A program made the position numbers and the translations under genes. Of a DNA stretch of 64,000 nucleotides, positions 49,338 to 59,809 are shown piece after piece (positions within the stretch are counted from its first letter, which is position 1; each line of letters begins with the position of its first letter). Source of the DNA: Fibrobacteria bacterium. GTDB taxonomy: Bacteria; Fibrobacterota; Fibrobacteria; UBA11236. The DNA lies in the NCBI GenBank assembly GCA_043745805.1, contig JAYTSD010000006.1, positions 1 through 64,000 on the forward strand. Direction: 5' to 3'. The notes beneath the pieces are model-generated. The model did no database searches and had not been told where the DNA came from. It worked only from the letters and a program-made list of their open reading frames with translations.

Positions 49338-50681
49338 TTAAAGCCCTATGCCTTCGTATTGAGCTATACTTTTTTTGTCTAGCTGACGACGGCCATCAAT
49401 AAAAACGGGAATTATTGATGACTTAGGCAAGCCTTTTAAAAGTTCCGGCACTTGCAAAAACTCTTTCCATCGTGTTACTAAAATAATAACATCCACATTT
49501 TGTATAACATCATGCAATGAAGTACTATAAATAATGGTGTCTTTAAATATTTTTTCCGCCTCATGTTTAGCGACGGGATCATAGGCTTGCACTTTAGCAC
49601 CCGCAGCTAATAAATCTTTAATAATTGGGATAGCAGGGCTTTCGCGCATATCATCGGTGTCGGGACGAAATGATAAGCCCAAGATTGCAACACGGATCCC
49701 TGCAAGGGATGAAAAATGTTTTCCTAATAAACGTTGCACTTGTTTGGGTTGGCGTGCATTGATATCTATTACAGCTTGCAGCAATTCCATTTTTTCGCCC
49801 GCATTTTGTCCATGTGCAATTAAGGCGCTCACATCTTTCGGTAAACAGGATCCACCGAATCCACAACCTGCCATGAGAAAAGAATTAATAGCAGGACGTA
49901 TGCGTTCACCGCTCGGTAATATTGGGCTTAAGTAGCGGCTTAAATGTAAACCTTGCATCACTTCTACTGTGTCAATGCCGCCTAAAGCCGAACCTAAATT
50001 CGCCAATTCATTTGAGAAGGAGATTAAAGTAGCGAGCATGGCATTAGAAGCGTACTTAATCATTTCTGCGGTTTTATTATTAGTACGCACCGTATCGACA
50101 TTAGGCCAAGCGGCATAAGCTTCGCCAAGTAAATCAATTGCTCTTTCATCATTGCCGCCGAGCACAATACGATCGGGAAACATAAAGTCACTAATCGCTT
50201 CGCCTTCGGTGAGGAATTCCGGATTCATGCCCACGCCAAAATCGGAACCGGCTTTTTTGCCAGAAGCTTTTTCTAACTCCGGCAATACCACCTCATCCGT
50301 AGTACCGGGTACCACGGTACTTTTAACCACGACTAAGTGATAACCATTTTTGTCTTTGAGCACTGCTCCAATTTGTTGCGCTACGGTTCTTACAAAACGT
50401 AAGTCAATGGCTTTACCGTCAAAAGGTGTTCCCACGGCAATTAAAGTCATCTCACTATTCATCACGGCATCGCGTAAATCGATAGTGGCGACTAAATTTT
50501 TGCCGATGTTTTTTTTAAGTAAATCTTCTAGGCCCAATTCAAAAATGGGAGGAAATCCTTGATTGATACGTTTCACTTTTTCCGCATCAATATCCACACA
50601 AGCCACTTGATGGCCTTTTTCCGCTAAGCAAGCTCCGCTCACCAAGCCCACATAACCTGTGCCGATAATGGAAATTCTCAT
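49338..50681 (-). CDS. ugd: UDP-glucose/GDP-mannose dehydrogenase family protein
   Basis: GTGYVG, KSTVVPGT, NPEFL, GFGGSCLPKD, DDMRESP. Confidence 0.9.
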   Translation of the reverse strand: MRISIIGTGYVGLVSGACLAEKGHQVACVDIDAEKVKRINQGFPPIFELGLEDLLKKNIGKNLVATIDLRDAVMNSEMTLIAVGTPFDGKAIDLRFVRTVAQQIGAVLKDKNGYHLVVVKSTVVPGTTDEVVLPELEKASGKKAGSDFGVGMNPEFLTEGEAISDFMFPDRIVLGGNDERAIDLLGEAYAAWPNVDTVRTNNKTAEMIKYASNAMLATLISFSNELANLGSALGGIDTVEVMQGLHLSRYLSPILPSGERIRPAINSFLMAGCGFGGSCLPKDVSALIAHGQNAGEKMELLQAVIDINARQPKQVQRLLGKHFSSLAGIRVAILGLSFRPDTDDMRESPAIPIIKDLLAAGAKVQAYDPVAKHEAEKIFKDTIIYSTSLHDVIQNVDVIILVTRWKEFLQVPELLKGLPKSSIIPVFIDGRRQLDKKSIAQYEGIGL

Positions 50682-50720
50682 AGGTTAACCTCTATGTTAC
50701 TTTGTTTTTTGTAATTCCTT

Positions 50721-51827
50721 TTATGATTCTTCTGCGGTTTGATTGCCTGAATACCAAATCATGGAACGACGTAAACCTTCGTCTACCAAAATACTTGGAT
50801 TATAATCCAATTCGGTGCGTGCCTTAGTGATAATGGGACAACGTCTTTCGGGGTTATCAATTAAATAATCTTCATCCACTTTTTTTACCACTTTACCCTT
50901 ATAATCAAATAAATCACGACCTAAAGCTACCACTTTATCGGCCAACTCAGCCATGGAGATTTCTGGAGTTTCTACGCCAATATTATATGCCTCGCCCGCT
51001 CGACCGCGTGTCAGCACTTTATAATATCCTGTCACCGCATCCGCGACATAGCAAAAAGTACGTTTAGGACTACCATCGGAACGCATCACAATGTCTCGTC
51101 CGGCGAACACGTCACGAGCAAAGTCCGGTAACACGCGCGTATCGGTAATTTTTAAGCCGGGACCATAATTATTAAAAGGGCGCGCAACCTTTATGGGAAT
51201 GCCATGTTGTTGGGAGAAATTAACGCAAAGTGTTTCGCCAAAACGCTTGCTTTCATCATAACAGGCGCGTGGACCCGTGCAAGAGACATTGCCACGATAA
51301 ACTTCGGGAGTAGGAATGCTTTCGGGCGTCGGATCGCCATAAATTTCGCTGCTCGAATAAAAAAGAAAACCTTCAACCGGATGCGCGCTGGTTTTTTGTT
51401 TTTTGCAATACTCTAATAAAGTGCGCAAGCCACCGACATTAGCATCCATGGTTTCGATGGGATACATACGGTAATATTTGGGCGAAGCGATGGAAGCGGC
51501 ATGAATAATATATTGAAAGTCCGGCATATCGGCTGGCAAAGGATCGGTAATATCATGCTTAACCAAATTTAAATGCGGATTACTTTGAGCGGCTTTAAGC
51601 CAAGTAGGAATACCGCGAATATAATTGTCATATACCGTTAAAGAAATGATCTTATTAGGATTCTTTGTATTCCAATGTAATACCGACTGCACTAAGGTAT
51701 AACCTAAAAAGCCAGCACCTCCCACGATGAGTAAATTTTTGCCCGCTATTTGTCCAAACTCTTGTTGTAGATTTCCACAAACATAATCCATATCTTGTTT
51801 GAGAATATCATCTGCTGTTTCTACCAT
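50721..51827 (-). CDS. NAD-dependent epimerase/dehydratase, UDP-glucuronate decarboxylase-like
   Basis: GGAGFLG, HAASIASP, SSSEIYG, RACYDESKR; ATG 51827 after AGGAG. Confidence 0.88.
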   Translation of the reverse strand: MVETADDILKQDMDYVCGNLQQEFGQIAGKNLLIVGGAGFLGYTLVQSVLHWNTKNPNKIISLTVYDNYIRGIPTWLKAAQSNPHLNLVKHDITDPLPADMPDFQYIIHAASIASPKYYRMYPIETMDANVGGLRTLLEYCKKQKTSAHPVEGFLFYSSSEIYGDPTPESIPTPEVYRGNVSCTGPRACYDESKRFGETLCVNFSQQHGIPIKVARPFNNYGPGLKITDTRVLPDFARDVFAGRDIVMRSDGSPKRTFCYVADAVTGYYKVLTRGRAGEAYNIGVETPEISMAELADKVVALGRDLFDYKGKVVKKVDEDYLIDNPERRCPIITKARTELDYNPSILVDEGLRRSMIWYSGNQTAEES

Positions 51828-51846
51828 GGTTACTCCTAAGTTACTG

Positions 51847-53088
51847 CTAATATTCTTTGGCTTCGGGAATAGGAACGATAAATTTTCCACCCCATTCACG
51901 GATGAAGGATAATTGTTGCATGATTTCTTCTTTTAAATTCCAAGCGCCAATAAAAATATAATCGGGTTTTGTTTCCATGATTTTTTCTGGACCGAAAACG
52001 GGAATACGTGAACCAGGAAGATATTTGCCTTGCTTGTAGGTATTGCGATCCGCCGTGAAATCAAGAAAGTCCGTGCGTATGGCACAGTAGTTAAGCAAGG
52101 TATTGGTTTTACCCGCAGCCCCGTAACCTGCAATAGTTTTACCTTCGCGCTTGACTTTGATTAAAAAATCCAATAATTTGCGTTTGGTTTCTTTCACCTT
52201 TTCAGCAAAGGAAAAATAATGAGGCAAGGATAATAAACCTTCGCGCTCTTCCAAAGTTTTCATGTCTACCACATTTTGCGTAACCGGTTTAGAGGTATCT
52301 TCTGTGTGACGGCCGTAAATACGAATGGATCCGCCATGCGTGGTTAATTCATCAACATCGAATAAAGTGATGCCATGATGCGCAAAAAATTTTTCTACTG
52401 TGCTAAAAGACAAATAGGAAAAATGTTCATGATAGATGGTATCAAATTGGTTACGCTGCATGAGACGTAATAAATGTGGGAATTCCATGGTGATCACGCC
52501 ATTTGATTTAAGCATAATTTTCATGCCGCCCACAAAGTCATGTAAATTCGGGACATGCGCTAATACATTATTGCCTAGCAGTAAATCTGCTTTACCATCC
52601 TGCGCTAATTCAGTAGCGGTTTGCACGCCAAAAAATTTTACAGTAGAAGGAATGCCTTTTTCAATTGCCACTTTAGCCACATTCGCCGCAGGTTCTACAC
52701 CTAAAACGGGCACGCCTTTTTGCACAAAGTATTGTAATAAATAACCATCATTGCTGGCAATTTCTACCACTTTACTGTGTTGGCCAATGCCAAATTTTTC
52801 CACCATTAAATCGGTATAATCTTTAGCATGTTTAAGCCATGTATCGGCAAAGGAAGAGAAGTAAGCGTACTCCGTAAAAATTTTATCGGGACTAACAAAC
52901 TCTTCAAGTTGTACGAGAAAACATTTTTCACAAACATAAGCATGCAAGGGATAAAAAGGCTCCATCTCGCCTAATTGTTCTGGGGCGATAATATTTTGAC
53001 ATAAGGGCGATAAGCCCAAGTCGGCAAAGGTATGCTGCAAAGGGGTTGCACAAAAACGACAGGTGGAAATATTTTTTACTTTAGTCAT
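51847..53088 (-). CDS. NDP-sugar C-methyltransferase (class I SAM, Zn-binding N-terminus)
   Basis: CRFC...CEKC, EIASNDG, NVLAHV, DTIYHEH, GYGAAGK. Confidence 0.9.
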   Translation of the reverse strand: MTKVKNISTCRFCATPLQHTFADLGLSPLCQNIIAPEQLGEMEPFYPLHAYVCEKCFLVQLEEFVSPDKIFTEYAYFSSFADTWLKHAKDYTDLMVEKFGIGQHSKVVEIASNDGYLLQYFVQKGVPVLGVEPAANVAKVAIEKGIPSTVKFFGVQTATELAQDGKADLLLGNNVLAHVPNLHDFVGGMKIMLKSNGVITMEFPHLLRLMQRNQFDTIYHEHFSYLSFSTVEKFFAHHGITLFDVDELTTHGGSIRIYGRHTEDTSKPVTQNVVDMKTLEEREGLLSLPHYFSFAEKVKETKRKLLDFLIKVKREGKTIAGYGAAGKTNTLLNYCAIRTDFLDFTADRNTYKQGKYLPGSRIPVFGPEKIMETKPDYIFIGAWNLKEEIMQQLSFIREWGGKFIVPIPEAKEY

Positions 53089-53149
53089 ATAACTCTTTCG
53101 GATTTTGACTTTTTAGGAAGAAAAATAATTAATACGATTTGATAGTTTT

Positions 53150-54250
53150 TTAAGCTTGCAGAAATTTTTCTAATTCCGCAACGATACGTTCACTGGCATG
53201 GCCATCCCAACCTTGGGGTATTCCACCTTTTTTCCATTGCCCCGCAAAAATTCGATCCACGGCATTTTTAATTTTCTCAGGATCGGTTCCTACTACTTCG
53301 CTAGTACCGACTTCCACTGTAATGGGACGCTCGGTGTTTTCACGCATAGTAATACAAGGTATTCCTAATACCGTCGTTTCCTCTTGCAGGCCACCCGAAT
53401 CAGTGAGCGCGAATAAAGACGAATCATTTAATTTTAGCATTTGATGATAATTCAGCGGCTCGCAAATAATCACATTTTTCATGGCTTTTAAGCGCGGCAT
53501 GAAACCAAAAGTTTCTAGCATTTTCAAAGTGCGCGGATGTGCCGGAAAAACCAATTTTATTTTTTGTTGAATATAATCGAAGGCCCCAAGTAACCCGGCT
53601 AAAATTTCTTTATTGTCGACATTAGAAGGCCTATGCATTGTGAGAAAAGCATACTCTTTGGCTTGCACGCCTAGTTCAGTTAATAGGGTATTGTCTTTGG
53701 ATAATTTCACATTGTACAATAAGGTGTCTATCATCACATTGCCAGCAGCGTGAATTTGTTCTGCTTTTATACCCATATTCAAAAGATTATGTTCGGCATC
53801 CGGATCCGTGGTGAAAAATAAATCACAAATACTATCCGTCACTAATCGATTAATTTCTTCGGGCATTTGCATATCGAAGGAACGCAAGCCCGCTTCTACA
53901 TGCGCTACCGGAATCCATAATTTTTTCGCTACAATGGTGCAGGCCATGGTGGAGTTTACATCGCCCACCACCAAAACTAAATCCGGTTTTTGGCTTAAAC
54001 AAATTTTTTCGAAGGCGATCATGATTTTTCCGGTTTGTTCGCCATGACTTCCCGAGCCTACTTCTAAATCCACATCAGGTTTGGGAATATGCAATAAATC
54101 AAAAAATGATTTCGACATTTTCTCATCATAATGCTGTCCTGTATGGACCAAATAGGCTTGTAATTTACCTGACTTGTTTAATGCCGATATAATCGGGGCG
54201 ACTTTCATAAAGTTGGGACGAGCTCCACAAACAAGCATAACTTTTTTCAT
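53150..54250 (-). CDS. wecB: UDP-N-acetylglucosamine 2-epimerase (non-hydrolysing)
   Basis: GARPNFMK, HTGQHYD, HVEAGLRS, TDSGGLQEE. Confidence 0.95.
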   Translation of the reverse strand: MKKVMLVCGARPNFMKVAPIISALNKSGKLQAYLVHTGQHYDEKMSKSFFDLLHIPKPDVDLEVGSGSHGEQTGKIMIAFEKICLSQKPDLVLVVGDVNSTMACTIVAKKLWIPVAHVEAGLRSFDMQMPEEINRLVTDSICDLFFTTDPDAEHNLLNMGIKAEQIHAAGNVMIDTLLYNVKLSKDNTLLTELGVQAKEYAFLTMHRPSNVDNKEILAGLLGAFDYIQQKIKLVFPAHPRTLKMLETFGFMPRLKAMKNVIICEPLNYHQMLKLNDSSLFALTDSGGLQEETTVLGIPCITMRENTERPITVEVGTSEVVGTDPEKIKNAVDRIFAGQWKKGGIPQGWDGHASERIVAELEKFLQA

Positions 54251-54364
54251 CCGATGAAAATCCTTTAATTTCGTTTTTCAACTCCTAAAAATAGGTAATT
54301 CATGCTCAATATCCCTGCACTTAAAAACACAATTCTTACAACTTTTAAAATCTGTCGAAAGGGT

Positions 54365-55624
54365 TTACACCTCTTTAAATGCAGACCATCCAAAATGCCA
54401 AATCCAATTACCAATCCAAGCACCTAAAAGCGCAACAATCACTTCCGTAATATCAGGGAAACGTCCATCAATAAATCCTTGCGCTAATTCTAAGGGTAAA
54501 GCAATGCTGATGGCTAGTAAGGCGATACGCAGATCGGAGTTTTTTTGATTTGTCGTTTGTGAATAATTGAGTAAAAAACCTAAAGGCATATACAGAAAAA
54601 GAATATCGAAAAAATGGCTTAAACTATTAAAGTCGGTATTTTCATAATACGCAAAAAAAGGCAACCAATTAATGGACTGATATGCCAATCCAAAATGAAA
54701 GGGGTATAAAGCTAAGATCGCTGCTACAAAATAAGTGGCTAAAAATAACAAGAGTGCAATTCGATTTTTATTTAGTGGAATATACGATAGTAATAAGGCA
54801 GCAGTAATCCCTGAAATTGCAACGCATATATCTTGGAGGCTAAATCCGCGTGACTGGATAATTAATTGTGTGCATTCCAAACCGAATGCTAAAGCTGCAA
54901 TTAATAGGGTAGCGGTTAAGCGCGGCCAAACAAATTTTTTCTGTTGCAGAAAAGCTTGCAGGACAATAAAAAATAGACCGTAAAAAAACCAATCATTAAT
55001 TTTTTCAGACCATGATCCTTGGAATCCATGATGAAATTCATAAAGCACAAATTTTATTTTTTCTTTGAATAAACCAAAATCCAAACTAAAGTTAAAAGGC
55101 TGCCAAGCTTGGCCACAGAGCATTGCAAAGAGCCCGAATAAAGTGAAGCCCAGTCGAGTGGAAGTCCAAGCCTGCACATATTTATTTTCAACAATCCAAT
55201 CGCTAAAGGAAAAGGCACCGAGCCCTAATACAAAACCACAGGCGGTTCCTAAGGAGTTACTGATCACATCAAAATAGGATGACCATCTGTCCGTAGTAAA
55301 TAATTGTAAGCACTCGACACTAAAGCTTAAAGTCGCACCACTGCAAATTACGAGGAGTGCAGTAAGCAGTCGCGAAGCGATTAAGGTACTGGTAACACGT
55401 GATGCGAAATAACCAAAAGGCAAAAAGAAAATCACATTTTGTACAAAATCAAAAGTAGAAGCACCTCCGTTTGGAGTTCGGAAAGTATAGTGTAGGCCAT
55501 CAATTAATTGCGGCCAAAGTCCTCGCGTTTCAATCCGAAAATGGAAGGGAATTAATGTGGCATAGACAATAAAAAATACGGTTAGCCCTAAAAGGCTACG
55601 CCAAAAATGTTCTTTGTTTCGCAC
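54365..55624 (-). CDS. VanZ-like membrane protein with three repeats
   Basis: Three E-x-x-Q...R...D/E units (ECLQLF..DRWSSYFD; ECTQLI..SRGFSLQD; ELAQGF..GRFPDITE). Confidence 0.75.
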   Translation of the reverse strand: MRNKEHFWRSLLGLTVFFIVYATLIPFHFRIETRGLWPQLIDGLHYTFRTPNGGASTFDFVQNVIFFLPFGYFASRVTSTLIASRLLTALLVICSGATLSFSVECLQLFTTDRWSSYFDVISNSLGTACGFVLGLGAFSFSDWIVENKYVQAWTSTRLGFTLFGLFAMLCGQAWQPFNFSLDFGLFKEKIKFVLYEFHHGFQGSWSEKINDWFFYGLFFIVLQAFLQQKKFVWPRLTATLLIAALAFGLECTQLIIQSRGFSLQDICVAISGITAALLLSYIPLNKNRIALLLFLATYFVAAILALYPFHFGLAYQSINWLPFFAYYENTDFNSLSHFFDILFLYMPLGFLLNYSQTTNQKNSDLRIALLAISIALPLELAQGFIDGRFPDITEVIVALLGAWIGNWIWHFGWSAFKEV

Positions 55625-56298
55625 TAGCGATTAAATAAAAAATAAAGCGTTGCGACAGACGCACCAATGGTGACTATTTGTGCCACCGTAGTTAGAGTTT
55701 CCTTAAACCAATACCAACCGTTCTTTTCATCGGGTATGGGGATGATAAAAATATCTCCCGAATGAATGCCCACTTTAGCTAGAGTAGTTCCCTTGGAAAA
55801 CTCTTCCAAAGTGCTGATATGTAAATCTTTGGTTCCCCGTAATACTTTCATTTTTTCAATATTTATTTCACCATTGGGACCACCAGAAATATATATCGCA
55901 TCCCATAAAACATGGGTAGTGGGAATATAGTACATGCCGGGCTTTTTCCAAAAACCAACTAAGGTAATACGTAATGCCGGAAGGGCTTGGATATGGGTAT
56001 CTTTTAAATAATCGGAAAGCTTGCTGGCTAAATACCCTTCTAATTCCTTACGGGTTTTGTCGCCCACAATAACTTTCCCTAAAACCGGAAAATCCACAAT
56101 CCCCTGTTTATCGATGGCATATCCCCCATTGATAAATGCCGAACTATCGAGAGGAACATGAATGAGTATGGCTTCGCCAGGAATAAAACGCTCTGTCACC
56201 TCGCTCAAGGAATCCTGCGCCTGTAAATTTATAGGTAATAGAGCCAGAAGCATTAGGCACCAGCAAGCATAAAAGTAGGGTGAAATTTTCACACGCAT
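55624..56298 (-). CDS. Polysaccharide export protein (Wza-like, SLBB domain)
   Basis: PGEAILI, IDKQGIVDFPVLGKV, KPGMYY, HSGDIFIIP. Confidence 0.8.
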   Translation of the reverse strand: MRVKISPYFYACWCLMLLALLPINLQAQDSLSEVTERFIPGEAILIHVPLDSSAFINGGYAIDKQGIVDFPVLGKVIVGDKTRKELEGYLASKLSDYLKDTHIQALPALRITLVGFWKKPGMYYIPTTHVLWDAIYISGGPNGEINIEKMKVLRGTKDLHISTLEEFSKGTTLAKVGIHSGDIFIIPIPDEKNGWYWFKETLTTVAQIVTIGASVATLYFLFNR

Positions 56299-56449
56299 TT
56301 AGTCTCCTAATCCCCGTGGAGTGAAAGGCAAAAGTATAAATTTTAAACCAATGCCCCAATGTAAATGGCTGGCGCAAAAGCGAGGTTAAATTATATTTGC
56401 CACTTTGTTGGGAATTGAGAGCCTATGCCAATAAAAATGAAGGTGAAAC

Positions 56450-57493
56450 TTGCTTAAAACTTGGACGAATAATAATCCGCTCAGTGAGTCAGAAAAATTG
56501 ACTTGGGATAATTTTGTTTTGCGGGATCATGCCGAAGGAACTTTATTTCAAAGTCAAGTTTGGCAAAAAGTTTTGCAACAAACCTATGGCCTTGCTTACT
56601 TTCAGCTTGCAGAAATTCGCGATGAAAAAATAGTGGGTGTGGTAAGTCTCTACTTATTGCGATCGCTCACCGGCGGGAAAAATTTATATGCCTTACCTTA
56701 CACGGTATATGGTGGTATATTAGCCAATGATAAAGAGTCCGCGCAAATATTACATAATGCCGCCATGGTGATTGCCCAAAGTGAAAAAGCGGGCATGGTG
56801 CATTTACGCAATACGGTGCCAAGCGGTTTAGATTTACCGACCACCAACTTGCATGTGCATTTTATTAAAACCTTGGACGCTACTGAAGACGCTTGCTTAA
56901 ATGCTATTCCCCGAAAATCGCGCGCCACTATTCGTAATGCGATGCAAAAATTCAAATTGTCGTATTCCATTAGCCGGGATTATGATTTATTATGGGAATT
57001 ACATGCTGCGAATTTAAAAAAATTAGGCTCTCCGGTTTTCCCTAAAAAATATTTCCGTAATATTATGGAAATTCTTGGCGATCAAGTCGATATACTCTTT
57101 GTGAATTATGAAGGCAAAGCGATTGCGGGCGTGATGACTTTTTATTATAAAGATGTTTGTAACCCTTATTTCTCAGGCTCTTTTGCCGAATATAATTTCA
57201 CCGGCGCAAATAATTACATGTATTATGCGCTCATGTGCCATGCTTTAAAGCGTGGGTACAAGCGTTATGATTTTGGTAAAAGTCGACGTGATACCGGACC
57301 TTATCAATTCAAATGCAATATGGGTTTTGAACCCACCACTTTGCCCTATCAATTTATTTTTAATACCGAAAAACATATTCCTAATCTTAATCCTTCGAAT
57401 CCCAAATTGGCATTGTTTATTAAGCTTTGGTCGAAGCAGCCGCTATGGACTTCAAAAATTCTCGGCTCTTATTTGAATCGATTTTTTCCGTGA
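56450..57493 (+). CDS. FemAB-related GNAT protein, XrtA/PEP-CTERM-associated type
   Basis: LPYTVYGG, PRKSRATIR, LGSPVFPK, YDFGKSRRDTG, NPSNPK. Confidence 0.85.
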   Translation: MLKTWTNNNPLSESEKLTWDNFVLRDHAEGTLFQSQVWQKVLQQTYGLAYFQLAEIRDEKIVGVVSLYLLRSLTGGKNLYALPYTVYGGILANDKESAQILHNAAMVIAQSEKAGMVHLRNTVPSGLDLPTTNLHVHFIKTLDATEDACLNAIPRKSRATIRNAMQKFKLSYSISRDYDLLWELHAANLKKLGSPVFPKKYFRNIMEILGDQVDILFVNYEGKAIAGVMTFYYKDVCNPYFSGSFAEYNFTGANNYMYYALMCHALKRGYKRYDFGKSRRDTGPYQFKCNMGFEPTTLPYQFIFNTEKHIPNLNPSNPKLALFIKLWSKQPLWTSKILGSYLNRFFP

Positions 57494-58662
57494 AATTACT
57501 TTTTCTCGCGCATCGGTTACCTTATCCGCCTAATAAAGGCGATAAGATCCGCTCCTATAATGAGTTACTCTTTTTAGCCAAACATTTTGAAGTCGATGTT
57601 TTGGGATTTATTGATAGTCGTGAGGATGCACAATATTTACCTGTTTTACAAAAGTTTTGTAAAAGTGCCGAAGCCTTATACCGCAATCGCTGGCATTGGT
57701 TCTGGCGTTTATGCATGGGTTTTTTAAAAGGACAATCGTTATCGGTTTCACTTTATTATCATGGTGGCATGGCGCAAAAAGTGAAAACTTTAGTACAAAA
57801 AAATCACTATGATCACATTTTTGTTTTTTCCGGTCAAATGGCGCAATATGTAAAAGGCCATGAAAACAAAACCGTATTGGATTTTTGTGATGTGGATTCG
57901 CATAAATGGGATAATTATGCGGAGAAGTTACCGGCTTATAAAGCTTGGTTTTTTCGTTTAGAAGCAAAGCGTCTTTTGGTTTTTGAAAGTGCGTATGCGA
58001 AGCGTTTAAAGCACAGTTTATTTATTACGGATGCAGAGCGCGCTATTTTTTTAAGTCTAGGTGGCAAAGGTCAAATTGGGGTTTTACCCAATGGCGTGGA
58101 CACTGATTTTTTTCAGTCTCAAAAAGAAAATCATGTGAATGGCCGTATCCTTTTTACCGGTGCCATGGATTATTTTCCGAATGAGGAAGGCATGTTATGG
58201 TTTGTTCGCGAAGTATGGGACTCTTTGTATAAACTTTTTCCCACCGCTCAATTGATTATTGCGGGAAGCAATCCTACTGCTAAGTTACAAGCCTTAGCGA
58301 ATAAGCCGGGCATTGAAGTTACGGGTTACTTGCAGGATATGCGCGCCGAACAAGTGAAGGCGCATATTGTAATTGTGCCTTTGCGCATTGCTCGCGGTAT
58401 GCAAAACAAGGTACTCGAAGCCATGGCCTGCGGTAAGGCTGTGATAGCGACACAAAAAGCTTTGGGCGGCATTCATCCGGAAAATGGTAAGCATTTGTTG
58501 ATCGCTAATACGCCGCAAGAATTTTTAACCTCACTGATCGAACTTTTAGATAATCCCGCAAGGGTAACCTCCCTGGGACTAGCTGCAAGGGCGCATATGG
58601 TGGATAATTTTAGTTGGGAAAAGCATTTGAATAAAAGTTTGTTGCCTTTGTTTTCGTTGTAA
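57490..58662 (+). CDS. GT4 sugar transferase, XrtA/PEP-CTERM-associated type
   Basis: LAHRLPYPPNKGDKIRSY, DVDSHKW, FTGAMDY, GMQNKVLEAMA; GTG overlaps femAB stop. Confidence 0.88.
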   Translation: MKLLFLAHRLPYPPNKGDKIRSYNELLFLAKHFEVDVLGFIDSREDAQYLPVLQKFCKSAEALYRNRWHWFWRLCMGFLKGQSLSVSLYYHGGMAQKVKTLVQKNHYDHIFVFSGQMAQYVKGHENKTVLDFCDVDSHKWDNYAEKLPAYKAWFFRLEAKRLLVFESAYAKRLKHSLFITDAERAIFLSLGGKGQIGVLPNGVDTDFFQSQKENHVNGRILFTGAMDYFPNEEGMLWFVREVWDSLYKLFPTAQLIIAGSNPTAKLQALANKPGIEVTGYLQDMRAEQVKAHIVIVPLRIARGMQNKVLEAMACGKAVIATQKALGGIHPENGKHLLIANTPQEFLTSLIELLDNPARVTSLGLAARAHMVDNFSWEKHLNKSLLPLFSL

Positions 58663-58673
58663 TTTGCGTTTTG

Positions 58674-58705
58674 TCGTAGGGGCACAAAATTTTGTGCCCC
58701 TACGA
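58674..58705. repeat. REP-like palindrome (GTAG family)
   Basis: Perfect 32-bp palindrome TCGTAGGGGCACAAAATTTTGTGCCCCTACGA. Confidence 0.85.
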
Positions 58706-58751
58706 AGTGTTACCTATTGAAGAACACATTTTTTAAACTTAGCTTTGGAAA

Positions 58752-59735
58752 ATGCTCGCAAAATTTATGACAAATTTTATTTGGCCATCGACCCAATATT
58801 TTCAGATTATACTGGTATTATCTTTGCTGTTTGGTTTCAATCAAACTGTTATTGCGCAAGTTACATATTCAGGGACACTATTAGAAGAATCAATAAATAG
58901 CGAGCAATTTCAAGCGCCGTGGGATGGTCCAGGTTCTGCAATGTTCAATCCAGCCACAATTGCGGAAACTAAAGTTTTCGAATTATCCGCAAGCCGTTTC
59001 AGTTCTCTTTCAGGAAAAACCCCTAGTAAAGTCTATATGGGGGCCGTTAATGTTTATCAAGGTTTATGTATTGGTTTAGGGTGGTTTGAATCAATTTCAC
59101 AAACAGACGGCTCCTCTTTCAGTTATCTGAAATCTATATTTTCTTCTAGAATTGTTTATAGTTGGAATAATTTTGCAGGTTCAGGTTCTGCTTTTGATTT
59201 CGGTTTAGCTTACAAAGTTGTAACCCTAGATCCATTTGGGATTGTGCAAAATAAAATTGGAAGTAATGATTTGGGAATTCATATTTTGTGACCATCCTTG
59301 CCGAATAAGCTGGGTAGTCTACACACAGGATTGGCATTCAATGATTTGTTTAGCACACAAGCAGAAACTTTGATTGGGTCGAAATATTCTCTTGAATGGA
59401 ATAGTGAATTGTCATTATTATTGAAGGATTTTTATGATAGGGTAGATTTTTTTGCAAGTTTTGCATTCCTTGATCCATTCTATTCTAAGGATGCTCTTAA
59501 TCCCGATCGGCATTATTTGAAATCCTTTGGAGTAGAAATACGCCCTATACCGCTATTTGGCTTGAAGCTAGAGCGTACTTGGCGTGGTTACTGGACTTTA
59601 GGTACAATTGGCCGTAAAGTGATTAATGATAAATACAAAATTGGGGCAGAAATTAATTTATCACATGACAGCTTTCACAAACCGGATCAAGGACGGGGTT
59701 TTCTTATATCCCTTGGGCTGAATTTGGGAATGTAA
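58752..59735 (+). pseudogene. PorV-like outer-membrane barrel gene interrupted by an in-frame TGA at 59289-59291
   Basis: ORFs 58752-59291 and 59298-59735 share a frame (HIL-TGA-PS-LPNK); signal peptide, AMFNPA motif, beta-strand C-terminus. Confidence 0.7.
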
Positions 59736-59809
59736 CTTCCAAGGCACTGGGCGGTATCGATGCCGTGTCGTGACAAACATTTAAATCAAAAATTGTTGCC
59801 GTTGTTTGA

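Noticed and set aside
56299-56449. Sigma54 promoter or ops/JUMPstart element in the divergent EPS promoter
   Set aside because: No convincing TGGCAC-N5-TTGC or GGCGGTAG match.
59289-59291. Genome-wide TGA recoding or selenocysteine
   Set aside because: TGA terminates clearly complete genes (purA, adk, femAB-like); no Cys/redox context or evident SECIS.
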